From contig OX638154.1 in the NCBI GenBank assembly GCA_951804945.1, positions 68,324,001 through 68,388,000 of the forward strand: a stretch of 64,000 bases of DNA, read 5' to 3'. The stretch is from Podarcis cretensis. Lineage: Eukaryota. Shown piece after piece: positions 49,855-64,000 of this stretch (within the stretch, counting starts at the first letter, position 1; the number at the start of each line of letters is the position of its first letter). Below the pieces are notes generated by a model. That model did no database searches. It saw nothing but the letters and a program-made list of their open reading frames with translations, and had not been told where the DNA came from. Made by a program: the position numbers and the translations under genes.

Positions 49855-52253
49855 TTTACCGATAATGTAGATGATGAATATATGCAATCATATCTAAAAA
49901 AAATTTGGGGGGGATGCATTGCATATTCCACACACTGTTCCACATGCATTAGGATCAGGGCCAAGGTTTCAAAACGGAGTTGTTGCTTTTTGTCGCAATC
50001 AAAGCATACACCAGTTGTCAATGTATATTGTGTGTGGAGCCGCTGTATCATCTCTGCGTATCTGAGAGTGCAAAGTAAGGCAACGAAATGAGCACATCTT
50101 GTTGTGTTTAATGGTTCTTATGTCAATGTTCTGTTTATATATAACAATTAGCTATCACAAATCTGTTAAATGACATGATGCCAGTTAATTTTATACCATG
50201 GTGGCATCCAGTGGTGATTGACAGAAGAGACACTCTCAGTGGAACTGGGATGGATGGTTTTTTTGCCAATTCCTCTTCTCCCCTTCACCACCAAACCTGT
50301 TTTTGAGGACCCCTCCCAACCCTCTAGAGCAGATTTAGATGTGGGGGGCAGAGGGCACTACCATGGGGAGTGCCAAAAATGGACTACCTCCCCCTTCCGC
50401 TGATGAATCCCCCCCCCCCCGTTAGCAGGATTCCTTTCACTGTTGGATACAAGCCCATGACGGCAGATATGATTAATCACTCAGCGAAATGAAAAGTGAA
50501 AAGTGGATTCGTTCCAATAACACCGATTACTGTTCAGTTAGGAATTTCATTTGTATTACTCATGCTAAATTAGCCTAATCACTAGGACTGTGAAATGCAC
50601 TCAATAGGGAAAAGATTAACACTTCCTCATCCCCACTGTGCTCATTTCAGAAAAGGAGTTTACTCTTAGGTAACATAGGCTTTCAATGTCCACTAAATGA
50701 TGATCCCTGCAAAGTCATTTGAGGCATAGAAGTTTACAATATAGCTGAGTGAGAACTCTTTGCTATTTGAGTGACATGCAGATCAATCACAAATTAAAAA
50801 ATGCACATATTTTTTGATATTACACTAGATACTCAGCGGCTGCAAATGTTTAAAACATGTGGCATCTTCTTTTGAACTGTGAACCCACTGGCTCAACCAG
50901 CCGGGATCTAAAGGTGACATGTGTACCTTTCTGAAAATGGACCTTAACACTGTAATTAATAAAAAAATGTTTTTAGTAAAAGGTGCCTGTTTGGGGCACA
51001 TTTTGCATGTAACTTCCTTGCAACTACTCTAGGCACACTTTGCTTGGAAGTAAATCCCACTGAAACCCATGGTACTTAGGACTGTGCTATAAGCAAATGC
51101 AACTTAGCTTGCACTTGGGATGCTGAAAAGAATTTCTCGTGAAAAAATGCAAACGGCAACTTTATAACTAGATCAGAAGAACTGGTATGTTTAACACTGT
51201 AATGGTGAATCTGTTGCATGGGTTTTGGCCCACAGATGGAGTATGTGGTTTTTTTTTTTTAAATTACCTTAACTTTATGGAAGGTTTTCTAAGAGGGTCC
51301 TGGATCTCTTGAAAGTCTCTCCCTTTGATGTTCACAGAGGTAGGTTACTTGTATGAGCAGAGGTTTTTCCTTAAGAACCAGCTCCTGCTCTCATCAAATG
51401 CACCCATGATCCTGTAAATGTGTGTAGAATTGCACTTGAAACATCACAATATTTGTACAGTACTAGAAAATATATATTTTAAAAATATAAACGTTAACGT
51501 GTAAAAGCTTCTAACATTATACAATATAGCAGTCCTTTGCAGTGAGCACTAGGGGTCAGTACATGATCACTGAATACCAGCAAACTTTTGATGCTATATA
51601 AATGTGACACTCAAAATATAGAAGTGTAACTAGAAAAACCTCTTAATAAAACAATTTATTCACTACTAAAAATGTGGTGGTCACTAGAACTGTGGGCTTT
51701 TTGGGGTCAAAATCTGAGCTGAACTCTAATGTTTTCATTCTGACAAACGTAATACAGTATGTTTGACTCAAATGCAATGGTTTCTAAGATTGCTTTCTAA
51801 TGATACTTCAATACTAGACATATTACCTTAAGCTTTTTAATTCACTGCACAGTTCATTCTCTTGCACACATTGATTTGGATCCAGAGAACCACAAGCAGA
51901 AGAAGAATAACGATTTAATGAGGTTTCACCAACTTTTCTGCAAGTGCTCGTGAAAGACCTTCTCTGGTGCAGCTCCAGTCCAGGGTTGGGTTACAGTGCC
52001 AGGAGCATAAGGAAGTTACAGGTGTTAGCATATAAACTCCAGTGAGCAATAATAAAAAAGGCTTTAAAAGAGCTAGAGCAGAATTTGTGTAACAGCTTAT
52101 GCTAATGGAAGAACTTCCCTGCACTTTCCTTACATGCGTTGGTTTCTGGCCAGGAACATTCCCTCTGTTAGCGAAGGGCTGTTTCTGGCCAGAGTGAAAG
52201 GGCACCTTTGAATCTAAACTATTTTGTGTGCATGTGTGTCATTTGATGTGTGT

Positions 52254-52316
52254 CGAATTGTAGAGCTGGAAGGGACCCTGAAGGCTTATCTAGTCCAACC
52301 CTCTACAATGCAGGAT
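52254..52316 (-). mobile_element. CR1-like 3' tail fragment
   Basis: GAATTGTAGAGCTGGAAGGGACC...TCTAGTCCAACCC..CAATGCAGGA. Confidence 0.65.
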
Positions 52317-52656
52317 TTTTTTGCCCAATGAGCTATGCCCTTCCTTAAAACACTTTCCAGCCTGATCCTATACAAGTTTACTCTGAGCATTGGCATGGGT
52401 ATGTAGGAAGTCAGTTACCACATCTTAAGAAAGCATGCCCTTAAGACATGTTTCATGGACTTCCACCAGAACTTGTCCTTCTAAACTATTAGAAACTTGA
52501 TGAATGTTCTCCCTTAATTTTTTTTTTAATTTGCATTTTCCACCAGGTTGCAATTTTTCCCCCCAGCAGGTCATCTATAAGTAATCACTCTATTTCATAT
52601 TTGTGTCTCTGAAAAATGCAGTAGGTAACTAACTGCTCTCCCTTTTTTCCTTTTAG

Positions 52657-52808
52657 CTGCAACGATGGTAGAAGCTGGGAAAGGCAAGAACAACCCAGAT
52701 GAGTTCGCCATTGCCCTCGATGAAGCTTTAGGAGACTTTGCATTTCCAGATGAGTTCGTCTTTGATGTGTGGGGAGCCATTGGTGACGCGATGCAAGGAC
52801 GGCTTTAA
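52657..52808 (+). CDS. GIPC2: GIPC2 coding exon 6 (152 nt, ends in TAA)
   Basis: Branch-like ACTAAC, a pyrimidine tract and TAG. Encodes AATMVEAGKGKNNPDEFA...LGDFAFPDEFVFDVWGAIGDA..RL*. The six exons total 1038 nt, or 345 aa. Confidence 0.96.
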
Positions 52809-55500
52809 TGAGCATCAGAAAACTTTGTTGGAGCACAGTATCAGCTTGTGCAAAGCATATATCTATAGACATGGCATGGAATATGGAAAGCATCTGAATG
52901 TGCAGAAATTTGGATGAAGTAAGCTGTTATTTAATGCCGATACAAATTCCTTTAAAATAAAGTTGAGTTCAAGACTGCACTCATGAAGCTTTAGGCTCAT
53001 ATGAGCACTTAATCTGAAATACTTTGCAAAGCAGTTTTCTCTGCATATTTACTTATATAAATGAATATGGCTAGTGGTTAAAGAAGAGGGCAGGTTGACT
53101 ATCCCATGAAAATGGAGTGTGTTGGAAGACATGGTGCCAGTACCTGGTGAACCTGAGCAAAATTTCATTGAAAAAAATATACACCTTGTGTCTATTATTC
53201 TTTTCCAATTACTCCAGTGGGTACAATGCTGCATATCCAGCATTTTCTTCCCCAAAACAGTACTTTGAGACTGTGAGGGTAGAGGAAAGGCCATCATTGG
53301 TGGAGTGTATGTTTTGCACTTCGTAAGCCCTTGGGACTTAATTGGGATTTTGGGAAAGCTGGGAATGTCTAAGAAACTGACAGCTGCTACCGGTACTGAG
53401 ATATATGGACTATTAGTCTGACTCAGGATAAGATAACTTCATATTTATGCTACTGTATAAGCAGGCAGATGAATTTTTTCACCATGTTTTATGGTGTTGT
53501 TATTATGGATACGAGTCTCAGAACTTTGGCACTTTCACAAATGATTTTTAAAGCAGTTTTGGCATTTCCCACTTCTGTAAATCAAATGGAAAAAAAAACA
53601 ACTATGGATGGAATGTACTTCTCATTTTACAATGCCTTCTAGATTCCCTTTCTGTATCAATGCCATTGAAAGTGACACATCCCAAATTAAAGTTCAGTTT
53701 TAGTGTCACTTAGGAGAAAGAAATCTTTTTTCCATTTGTTAGTCCTGTGGATGAGTGGGCTCAGATGAATGTATTAGTACAAAATGCTCTGGGAACAGTG
53801 CGGAAACCCCCCCGGCCTTAAATTTGAATCTTTTTTGTTGTTCTTACGTGTTAGAAAAGTAAAGAAAACCTTATGCTTTTGGGAAGCTTCACAAATGTTT
53901 TGAGGCTTTACTAGTGAAGGGTATCAAAGTGAAATATCTAAGCCAGGTGTGGTATGCTCTACCATAGAGTTCCACAAAACAACCTGTTTTTTGCTATGCC
54001 CATTTATTTTGGACAAGTCGGATACAGGGGAGGTTCCTAGGAAATGGGTGGGACTGCTCTGTAGGTGATTTTGATTATTCGAGTTGCACTGTTGCATGGA
54101 AGATACGTTGGTCGCTTTAAAAAAGCAAAAGTAATTTGTAACTATTTATTCATGTGATGATGCTGCAATAATGGTGTAAATATCCTTAAGATTAACCTTT
54201 GGTTTTTTAATATATATATATGTATATGTAGTTTTTGTAAATCTTGGAATATTGAGGAATTGCTAATGTGCCAATGATTGAAAAAGAAAGAAGATGAGAG
54301 AAATGATACAGGATGCTGAGCTTTAATTAGAATGCATCTCTTTGAGTCTACAGAAACCTTTGAGCAGCACACATCTCTTATTCGGCAAAATGAAATATTG
54401 CTAATCCTGAGCATATAGAGAAAAGGCTGTTTACTAATAAAGGATGTTTAGTCACATAAGAGATGAATCTTGCAAATAAAACTTTGCTACTAGTGAACAG
54501 GCTTCTTGGAATGATGGAAAGAGATTGGAAGTAGAAAACTTCTTCCGTCCCCCGTCCCCCTGAAGCTGTTAAGGTGGTTGTCTTATGCCAGAAGCTTAAC
54601 CTGTCTTTGACACCACAGAAATGAAACAGAAGTGTGAAGCCAGTAAACTGAGACTCTGGGTGCTCCCAGAGGGGGGCTTGGCAGCAGGTTTAAAAAAATA
54701 ATTATTATTGGATTTCCTTAAAATGGATGAATCCAAATTAACAGAAAAAAAGAGCCGGCATTTGATGCTGAAAAAGTTGTGTGGACACTCCAAAAAAACT
54801 TGGATAAATGAACAGCAAATTCCCGTGAAGGCAGAGACTCTAAAAATGAAAATACTGAAATGATTTAAACAAGATGCTTTTTATCACAACAGTGCCTAGA
54901 ACAGGGAAGGACAACTGATTTAATGTTATGCAGAGATTTATCTGTGTGATTTATGCAAGAAATCAAACAATTTGAGGAGGGTCCACAGCATGGAGATGAA
55001 GTCCACTTGAATACATTATAAAAACTGTTAAAAGTCACTACAAAGCTATAGTCCTATAGATCTGACACAAGGGGAAGGCGAATATGCAATTTAATATGTT
55101 TTGCTTAAAACATGATTGGAATTAAAGTTGGTAGGACTTCTGCTTATATGGATGAGTCCTGCCAACTTCAATTCCAGCCTCTCCTGCCCCCTCCTCTCTC
55201 TCATAATATGCTGAGTTTGTTATGCAGTGCTTCACTTTAAGTTCACATAATTCTGTTAATTACTTTTGTTTTGTGTGTTTTGTGTTCCATAAAGTTGGGC
55301 TGTGCTTTTTATTGTTTTCTGCCCTTCAGGTTGAGTTCTAAGCAGTCCAGAAGGATGACTGGAGCCAATAATTAAAATTTGTTTCACAAACAGTAACTTC
55401 ATATGAGCCAAATGTCTCACTTGAGCAAAACCGAAAAGAGTTTCAACTTAACTTGTGCAAATGCTGTATCTTTGCAATGTTCTTTTGTATTTGGATGCTA

Positions 55501-55550
55501 AATAAACAAACCATATTTTCTAAATGACTTCTAGGGTTTGCTTTTTATGA
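55501..55550 (+). terminator. Candidate distal GIPC2 polyadenylation signal
   Basis: AATAAA at 55501-55506 has two upstream TGTA motifs and a downstream GT/T-rich tract. Proximal AATAAA hexamers lie at 52956, 54436 and 54475. Confidence 0.45.
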
Positions 55551-58476
55551 TCTGAGGTGTACATTTGTAAGAATCCTAGGTCAGAAAGAGAGATAAATGA
55601 GCAGAATTACACGAGGAGTCACCGGCACACAAACCCCCTGCTCTATGACTGCATTTTGAAATAGTTACTGTGCCAGGAATCTACATTGCAGGAATATAGA
55701 GAGGCCAGAGGGCAAAAAATGCTTAAAATGGCAGTAGCAATCAGTTACTAGAGAATACCAAGCCTTATGAATACCAACTTTTTGGACTCTCCTGTTAGGC
55801 TTCCAACCACTTGGGGGAACCAGCATTGTGTCTTCAAATGCAGTATGGATTGTGCGAGTCTTACCTACATGACACTTTCACTTGCGACTACGTTTTATGC
55901 AGAAGTATATCTTCACCAGAAGTCTACAGTTATAGTGGTCAGGTTGCTGAAGAGGAGCAGGCAGGCATTTTAATTCTGGTGGCCAGTAGGAAAATTCTCT
56001 AGCATTCTCTGCCACAGAAGTGTACTAAATTTGTAAAAAGCTGCCAGCAACTTTTGGAGTGCCTCTTTCAAAATAGCACCAAACTCACACATGTCCTCTT
56101 CACATGCTCCCCTATGAACTCCACCATCCTGCAAGGCAGAAGGTACAACAGGCGAAGACTTCTTGTGCCTCAGTGGAGGAGGAAGTCATAGTCAGAGCTC
56201 GCTGGCTGCTAGAAATGATGGCTGTCTACTAAACCCACCTAAAATATGTAAACTCCACCCTGCTCTGCCCCAGGCATTTGCCACTTCAAGTATTCCTGTG
56301 TGAACATATCTGTCAGGCTCCCATCTCAAAACACAGCACCAGTGACTCTTTCTTGCAAGTATTAATTCAGGCTAATAGCATTACAGGCTCAGCAGCAGCC
56401 CCACTCCCAATATGTTATTCAAATTGACACCCTTGAAAACCAACAATTTTTGTTGTTGTTCTCTCTCTTTCTGTGGTGTGCTCATTTATATGTTACAGAC
56501 TATAAAACTTTTTATTTATTTTTGCTTCTCACCCACCTCCCTTTCCCTGGTTTGGAAAAATAGTGTTTATTCATTCTAGTCTGCTCTGGCATTGGATCCC
56601 ATTGGTTTTTATATAAGCATGAACATGTACATGCATCCTGCGTTCAGTTCCTGCTTTCTGTCTCTCAGTATTTTCTAATTTACATCGATCCACATTTCTT
56701 TGTTTTAATGTAATCCTTATAAGTCTGAGGTCCTTACAGTTTTTTTTTATTGCCCTAGACTCTTATTGCCTGTCAGCTGCAGTTTCCTATTGTCAGCAAG
56801 TGACATCACTTTATTGGTGCTGTTTGTGTCTTCTGGGTCAAGGTGATGAAGAAAGCAGGGTTGTAATCTGACCTTCATTATGTCTGTGGCTCAGAACTTT
56901 GAATGCTTCAGCTTTCAAAACGGTGCACTCCAGAGAAGAGCTTGTCTCTGTCTCTCTTAGGCCATAACAAATAAATTTTAATGCAGTGCCAGGATTAGGT
57001 CCCTTTTCAGTGCATTTCTAATCTCAGCTATCATTAAATTTGAATATGTCAAAGGAGTTTCAGACTATCTAAAAAAGAGTGATGGGATAATAAGCAATAT
57101 TTAGTTGCCTAGTACAGATCACATGTTACCTTTTTCACTTTGTCTGCTGCTGAGTGCAAGCCTTTTCTTCCATTCACTTCAATGGCAGCTCCCCGCTGTA
57201 AATTGCAGGTGCATGGGACACGATGCAGAGGAGGGCAAGAAGTTCCCCTATGCCCCCCCTGGGTTTTCAGTCCAGAATACATCTCACCCCAGCTAGCATT
57301 TTATGAAAGCAAAGGCTTTTGTTCAAGGGAAAGTATATGGTTAACACCTCCATAATTTCCTCCTAACAGTCATAATTTGAAAGTTTAGGGAAATATGCAA
57401 GTAGATTGTTGCTTTACTGAAAACATAAAACCGTCAGTGCATCAACTGATTCATTTATATGTTCTCTTAATTATACAAAGAGGTACTTTTATTGCCCAAA
57501 GAGTGGAAGCATTTGCAATTGTAATGAACTAATAATATTGCCCAAGTTAAAAGATGAACAGGGCTTCTTCATAATAATCAATCAAGAGCATGCCTAAAAC
57601 AGAACAAAATTATGCCATGTCAACGCATGCTGATGAAATATTAAGATTGCCAGGTTGTTAGGTACCCTCAACCGTCAGCTTGGCTTTTTCATCTTATCTG
57701 TGCCCATGAAACCAAATTTTTACTACAGTCTTTGAAAGACACTTTTCGGGTGACTATGGGAATAGCTTATAAGATATGATGAACAGTTTACAATATTAGC
57801 AGTTACTATTCCATCTGTGATTTAATTGATTAAAGTATTGCAGAAAAAATAATTTGAAGATGAACCTAGTTTTTTTTTTGGGGGGAGGGGACCTGTTTTC
57901 ATCTGCAAGAGAGATTTGAGGGTGCTATTGAATGGTTTGTGGATTTAAATGAATTCTCTGGAGTCTAGTTGTATCCAAGCAACCAAGCATATGAATAGTT
58001 TAAGCATGGGCCAGGCAGTTACACTTAGCACCACGTACAGAACAGTTGCATACTGTCTAACTGACCTGCAACCTGCATTTGCAAGAGGAAAGTGTCATTT
58101 GAAGCCAAACTGACACATGTACAGTTACAAGAGGGTGAACTATACACATCTGTTGCGGCACAACTGAAATTGCCATTCCTACCTTTCCAGAAATGGTCCT
58201 TGCAGTCATGGCATGGTGGTGGGAGATAGGGAATTCTCCAGAGTCTTCTGTGTGGTGCAAAACATCATGCTACCATGTGTGTGGGACGTGGAAACTCTGA
58301 GCTTGTGGGAAGCCAACCAGCTTCATTGGTGTGCTCCCAGAGGCGGTGGGGCTCCATAGGTGGACCAGAGTGAATATTACTGAGGTCTGGCCCGCCTCTG
58401 CAGCACAAAAAGCAGGTGCGCCAAACCACCCTACCCCAGGCTTCAGCAGAGCTTCCCACTCTCCCACCCTCTATTT

Positions 58477-58612
58477 CAGGGTTTCCCAACCTTGGATATC
58501 CAGCTGTTTTTAGACTACAATTCCCATCATCCCTGACCTCTGGTCCTGCTAGCTAGGGATGATGGGAGTTGTAGTCCAACAGCAGCTGGAGACCCAAGTT
58601 TGGGAAACCCTG
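58477..58612. mobile_element. hAT MITE, 136 bp
   Basis: TIRs CAGGGTTTCCCAA.CTTGG / CCAAGTTTGGGAAACCCTG. TSD CTCTATTT / ATCTATTG. It has the same core as the 20591 copy, in inverted orientation. Confidence 0.88.
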
Positions 58613-61296
58613 ATCTATTGCATACATACATTACATGTATGTAACCAGCAGGCAGATGGGTGTTTGATCACATGGATTCATGCCCAATATCATTGGGCCA
58701 AACCTGCTGCACTGTAATCAATAAAGTTGTGGCCTTATTCTATCCAAACCACAGTTTGTGTCTGTCATTATTTACTTGCCGCTCTTGCATTCCTGGGGCA
58801 GGCCAAGGCATTTTGTCACTTGAGGCAAAATGACTCACCCCACCTATACTGGGCAGTCATACCCCGGATGTCACAGGCACAGGCGGAGGGGGCGGGGAAG
58901 GTAGAGAGCACAGCAGTGGCAGTGGCCTGGAGGGATTTATCGCCTGAGGCAATGGCCTCAACCCGCCTCGTGGTTGGGCTGGCCCTGTGCATCCCCATTG
59001 CTCCACTGCAAAATGATTTCTGGTCCACAGAATGCCACAAAAGTCTTTTCTGTATGGATTGATGTGCATCACACATTCTGCCCTGCTATCCTTTAGAAGC
59101 TTGAAAGTTTCAGTTAAGGAAGATGTTTTATACCATTGTTTCCCTCTAGACTTTCCAGAAGAGGTAGTTGGGAAAAGGTTTGCTAATGTCTAGGATACAA
59201 AAGCCAAATACGAAAACACAAATATCTTTGGATCTGGGTTATTGAGAAAATCTGTTGCTGTTGTTTTATTATGTGAAAACTCCCAGGTTTTATCAAGGCT
59301 TATTAACTTTTTTTTTTTTTTTTGGATGAAGTGGGGCCCAGAATTACATCGACGTGTCTGTAGCCAGAGAGAGACAGTGCACAAAAGAAAGAGAAACAAC
59401 CATGGCAAATGCAAGAGAAAACCATGCTAGTATAATAAATAAACCAGAAAAATCAAAGAGTAACTGGAGAAGTACACTGTGGAAAAAGGACACTTCTGCC
59501 AAGTGTATGGAGCAGAACCACTTGCAAATTAATAGCAGAACTGGATAAGGCGAAAAAAAAAGGGGAAAGCCATAATGCAGGAATATTATAGCTGGGTCAG
59601 CCAAAGAGAATGATCATAGGAAGGCTGTCATTTTAAGAAAACACTGTGAACACTGGAAGCAATGACTAACAGGGCAATCGTATACATGTTTCCTGAGATG
59701 CGAGCTTTGCTGAATTAAATGGGAGTATCTCCCAGACAACTGTGTATAGGATTGCAGGTTAAAATCATTACAAGGAAAAATATGATATCCAGCAGGTTTA
59801 AACTGTGAGGATTATTACAGTAATCACTTCAGGGCATTGTAGGTCAGATTCAGATTTTCTGCAGTGCCACTGCATCGTTGCCAAATGTGTTTTGTTACTT
59901 TCTATTATTTGGACCCATGCGAAGGTTAATTGCATCTGAAACATGCATATTTTTTAAAAGGCAATTCTTTGTGAATTTGGGATCCTCAGAGTACAAACAA
60001 TGAATTCAATAACAGGGCACAAATGCAGCAACAGCATACCTGCAAAAATATATTTTTTGGAAAGGGCAGTAAAAAAATCTTTAGCTGGCACTGAAAAGAT
60101 ATCCAGTGAACCTTAGTAGGCTATATGGTGGCCACCAAAAAGCCAGAGGCTTCCTATATCTCAACAGCCTCTCCAGCTTCCATCCACCCAAGCAAGAATT
60201 CAAGAACACATTCTAGAGAGGCAAACGCACTGGCTTGCATTTAAATTTATTGGTCCGCACCTAGTTCATTCCCGATTTGCAGGCACCTGCCTTCACCATT
60301 TCAACCAGACGCGGTGAGAATAGCAAAAAAATTGTGGGGGAATGAGCCAAAAGGTGGTGGGAAGGTTAAGCAGCGGACTATCAAGCCGTTTGGAAGGCTG
60401 CATTAAAAAGAGAGCCGGTGTGGGGAGAAGTATTATGAGGAATTACCTACTGCAGCCATTTGCTTTTTGGTTTAGAGTATTTTCAAGTAGCATCTATCAA
60501 TTTAGAGTTAACATGGATGAAGGTGGAATTGGTCTACCCCCTTGGACTGCTCCTTGCAACCTCAAATTTGTAGACAATTGTTTCTGAATTGGTTAAAGTA
60601 CTTCAGCTGAGGTCTGGATAAAAGAAAGAAAGAATATTATGTCCTATATTCTATTGAGAAAGTTGTTCAAGGTTCTGTGAAAAAAGAAAAACCATTTAAA
60701 TGAAAATAATAATGTTTTTCTCTTGTCAAATAACAGACAAATATTTTACACAGAGAAATTTCAACCATTGCTTTCTTTCACTTCTCAAGAGAGCATGATT
60801 CACTATCAATAAGTGCTGGTAAAATACTAAGGGGAGCTATAACCTTCAAATAAAAGATCTTGGTGTACTGTAAAAGTTGGAGAAGACATTGTTCATGAAG
60901 GCAGCTGTTGCAGTTGAATCATGTGGGATTAACTGGTTTCATGTGGCTGAATTCTGAAATCAAGGAATGCCCGAGCCATCACTTGATCCTGTACTATGAT
61001 AGGTGGTGAGACTTTTGCAACAATGGACATCTCCTTTCAGCCAAAGGAATAATATAGTGGGGAAAGATAATTATGTTTCCTTTTATTAGTTTTAACTTAT
61101 CTTAAAAAGAAGAGCAGGTGTGCAAGAAAAGGCTTTATTACTGCCCGTGTAGATTTTTCCCAAACAGCAACTCTTCGGCCCTGATCTAAAAGAAAATTTC
61201 TGCAGAAGAGGGAAAAAGAAGGGAGATCCTGTCAGCGTATCACACTTCTGCTCAAAGATCAGCACTAAAGAAAATCCTGTGTTGCAAAACACTCTG

Positions 61297-61564
61297 AACA
61301 ACAAGCAACACGTCAGCTAATAATATAGTGACAATATTTTACTCTACTGTTTCAAAATTCATAAACAGAAGACATATAATACGTGCATGGAGTCACAGAT
61401 TAATAAGGATCAGATAAATGTTCCATGAACAGGAATGGTAGGAGTGGTAAGTCACTGTCAAAGATCACTGAAATGGAGGCAGAATGCCTTTCCACAGTCA
61501 ATATTTTGAAACAGTATAGTAAAATATTGTCAGTATATTATTAGCCGATGTGTTGCTTGCTGTT
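61297..61564. repeat. 62-bp inverted repeat with 144-bp spacer
   Basis: Arms 61297-61358 and 61503-61564 match at 57/62 positions as reverse complements. Confidence 0.9.
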
Positions 61565-63810
61565 GTTGAAGGATCAGCACCGACTGTTGATTTAGGACCA
61601 GGCCCAATTCAAGGTATTAATGTTTGTATTCAAAGCCCTCAACGGTTTGGGATGGGTAGATTTGAAGGATTGCTTTTGCACATACATGCCCGCTTGAAAG
61701 TTTGAACCTTGAACTTGCATTTTTACAAGTGCCGTGCAATGTGCAGAGGCCAACCAGATATATTTTTCTTTCTTTCTATTTATTTATTTATTTCATAAAC
61801 TTTATTCATCTCTTGATTGTACAAAACAACAAAAAACCCTCGAAGCAAAGGTAAAACAAGGATATCAAGGGAAAAAACCCCACAGCTATACTTTAAAACA
61901 GATAAAAGTTAAAATACTGAAACAGATTTAAACAATTAAGCATTATCTGATACAGAAATGAGGGTGTCCAGATCTTCTGAAAAACATGTGCACATGATTT
62001 TCTTGAGCTGGTATTTATTTTTTTATTTACAAAGTACATCAATTGGCCCTAAGAGGAATGTAACTGTTAGTTTGGGATGTTTACAGCTAATGAATCCTGC
62101 CAGTATACGATGTTTGGTTAGACAACCGCCTCGGCAGTAACAAGACCAGGACTGTACTAGGGATGGCCCACCTCTCAAAAATAACTGGACTGTGGCAGGA
62201 AATGTTATGTACACAGGGCTTTAACTTTTGGGAAAATATCATTCCAGCATTACAAAACAACAACCAGACCTGCAGTATTTAGTCCAAGGCATTCCTTTGA
62301 AAACTAGTTTTTTTTTATAAGCTAAGATGTTCATTTTTATTTTTTTTTAAAAGAGACATGCTTCATAAAAGTGATTGTACAGGAAAAACTGCATCTTTTG
62401 CTGCACACAAAATATATTCTGGAATTCCCATTTGAAACGTTAAGATTTTGACAAAAGTAATTTTATTAGCTGTTATTGAAGTATCGCAGGGTTTAAATCC
62501 TGTAACACATTGACACTTTTCAGAAATGCTTGCTCTTGGAGCTCCTGTACTATTCAGGGCAGGAAATTAGCAATTTCTTTTAAGGAGGGGAAAAAATATA
62601 TCTGAAAAGTATGAAATCCCAGTGCTGCATACTGGATGAAATGTTGAACTCTGCTTTGGCAGACTTTGGTTTGTAAATCTCTGCCCAGCCATAAATGTGC
62701 TGAGTGTACTTGGATAATGTCTCAAGTCTAGGCTTCTCATTTGCAAAAAGGGAACAATAATAAAAAAAAAGACCGGATTGCGTGTTTGTTGGTTGTGAGC
62801 CTGAAAAATGCCAGTAAAGCACTTTCAATGTAAAAAAATAATAATACTGTACTTCAGAGACAATATGGAGGCACCTGAACAAAGAGGCGGATTTAGAGGA
62901 GAGCAACCGGTTTGATCATACTGGGAGCGGAACCCCAGGGGAACGCCACAACTATTATTTAGAATAGAGTGCAAGAGGCAGGGGTGCATGCCAAATTTTG
63001 GCATTGCGCAGGTTTGATCTGCCTTGCCAGATGCAAGAAAGATCCCAGTCGCAGGAGCTAATGCTTCTACCAGTTCTGTCCCATTAACTGGTTTTATTTC
63101 ATGGCACAGCACAGACTGCCAAGCGACCTGTAATTGCTTAAAAAGAAAAATAAAACTTCTTGCTTCATCCCCTTAGTTTAATTCCACTTGCTTGTCCTTT
63201 TTTATTTTCGAGTGAGGCACATTTCTGCTTTAAAATTTGCTGGAGACTTTCCTACAAGAACATATGGTAGGTGTGCCCTTTTTGATACTTTTGGCAGTAA
63301 AAATCTTTTATCACATCATTATTCTAACCAATACAGCACTTTTATGTTTTATGTAGAGTATTTTTTTTGGGGGGGGGTTGTGTTTCATATAAAGCAAATG
63401 CATTTCTTGTACCTTTGTTTACATTTATTGCCTTGAAGTTCTTAGATTTTGCTGGCAGAGCACTGAAACTGGCTTGAACCAAAAGCATACTTTTAAAGCA
63501 CCCAATCCCTTCAGATCAACACATGCAGGTGCTTTTTACCAAATTTGGTTCCAAAGACATCTGCAGTGGCGGATGGGAACAACTGCCCTGCCTTGCCCAC
63601 AGTGGTGCTTTGACCTCCATGGCTAACATCTTGTTTCATTTTATTTGCTCTTTTCAGGGATATTTCCCATGCTTCTGACTCTAAACTAGTGTGTGCAGCT
63701 GAGAAGAGTGGGGCTGTCACGTCTTTCTTTTGGCAGGTTTGCAGTACTGTGAAAACAATAAAATGGGATGGATGTGCAATTTTAAGTGTCCATGGACAAA
63801 GCAGCTTATC

Positions 63811-64000
63811 TTAGAATCATAGAACTGGAGCAAGAACCTTCTGAGGGAGACCGTTCCACTGTTGAAAAGCTCCTACTGTCAGAAGGTTTTCCCTGATGTT
63901 TAGTCAGACTCTCCTTTCTTGTAAGCTGAAGCCATTGGTTCAAGTTCTACCCTCCAGAATAGGAGAAAACAAGCTTGTTCCCTCTTCCATGCCACAGCCC
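63811..64000 (-). mobile_element. CR1 LINE 3' fragment (runs off the window)
   Basis: TAGAATCATAGAA tail followed by GTTCCACTG..CTGTCAGAAGGTTTTCCCTGATGTTTAG, typical of CR1. Confidence 0.8.

Noticed and set aside
55600-64000. PTGFR or another downstream gene expected from synteny
   Set aside because: No GPCR-like exon or CpG island was seen, so the region looks intergenic.

Overview
This is vertebrate genomic DNA, most likely from a squamate lizard and probably a lacertid, judging by the Sauria-type SINEs. It covers the conserved synteny block FUBP1 (- strand, coding exons 1-3, continuing off the left edge), DNAJB4 (+ strand, 3 coding exons, 339 aa) and GIPC2 (+ strand, 6 coding exons, 345 aa), followed by about 8 kb of apparently intergenic DNA. 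The exons were read by eye: all have GT-AG boundaries with matching phases. There are two CpG islands (FUBP1 and GIPC2 starts), one 148-N assembly gap and many TEs (Sauria SINEs, L2, CR1, a truncated L1, and hAT, Tc2-like and fold-back MITEs). Most short ORFs in the supplied track are noise. I found no new protein-coding system. The best leads are: (1) a Tc2-like MITE holding a repeat-spacer array of palindromes with compensatory changes and a recombinant middle unit; (2) a CGCG/BANP-motif bidirectional promoter that may feed an 8.6-kb 5' intron into DNAJB4; (3) nested TE insertions upstream of GIPC2, including an L1-like patch inside a SINE; (4) inverted L2 tails bracketing DNAJB4 exon 2; (5) substitutions at normally conserved GIPC residues; (6) an unexplained 62-bp inverted repeat near 61.3-61.6 kb. 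Comparisons with human sequences and TE family names come from memory and were not searched.
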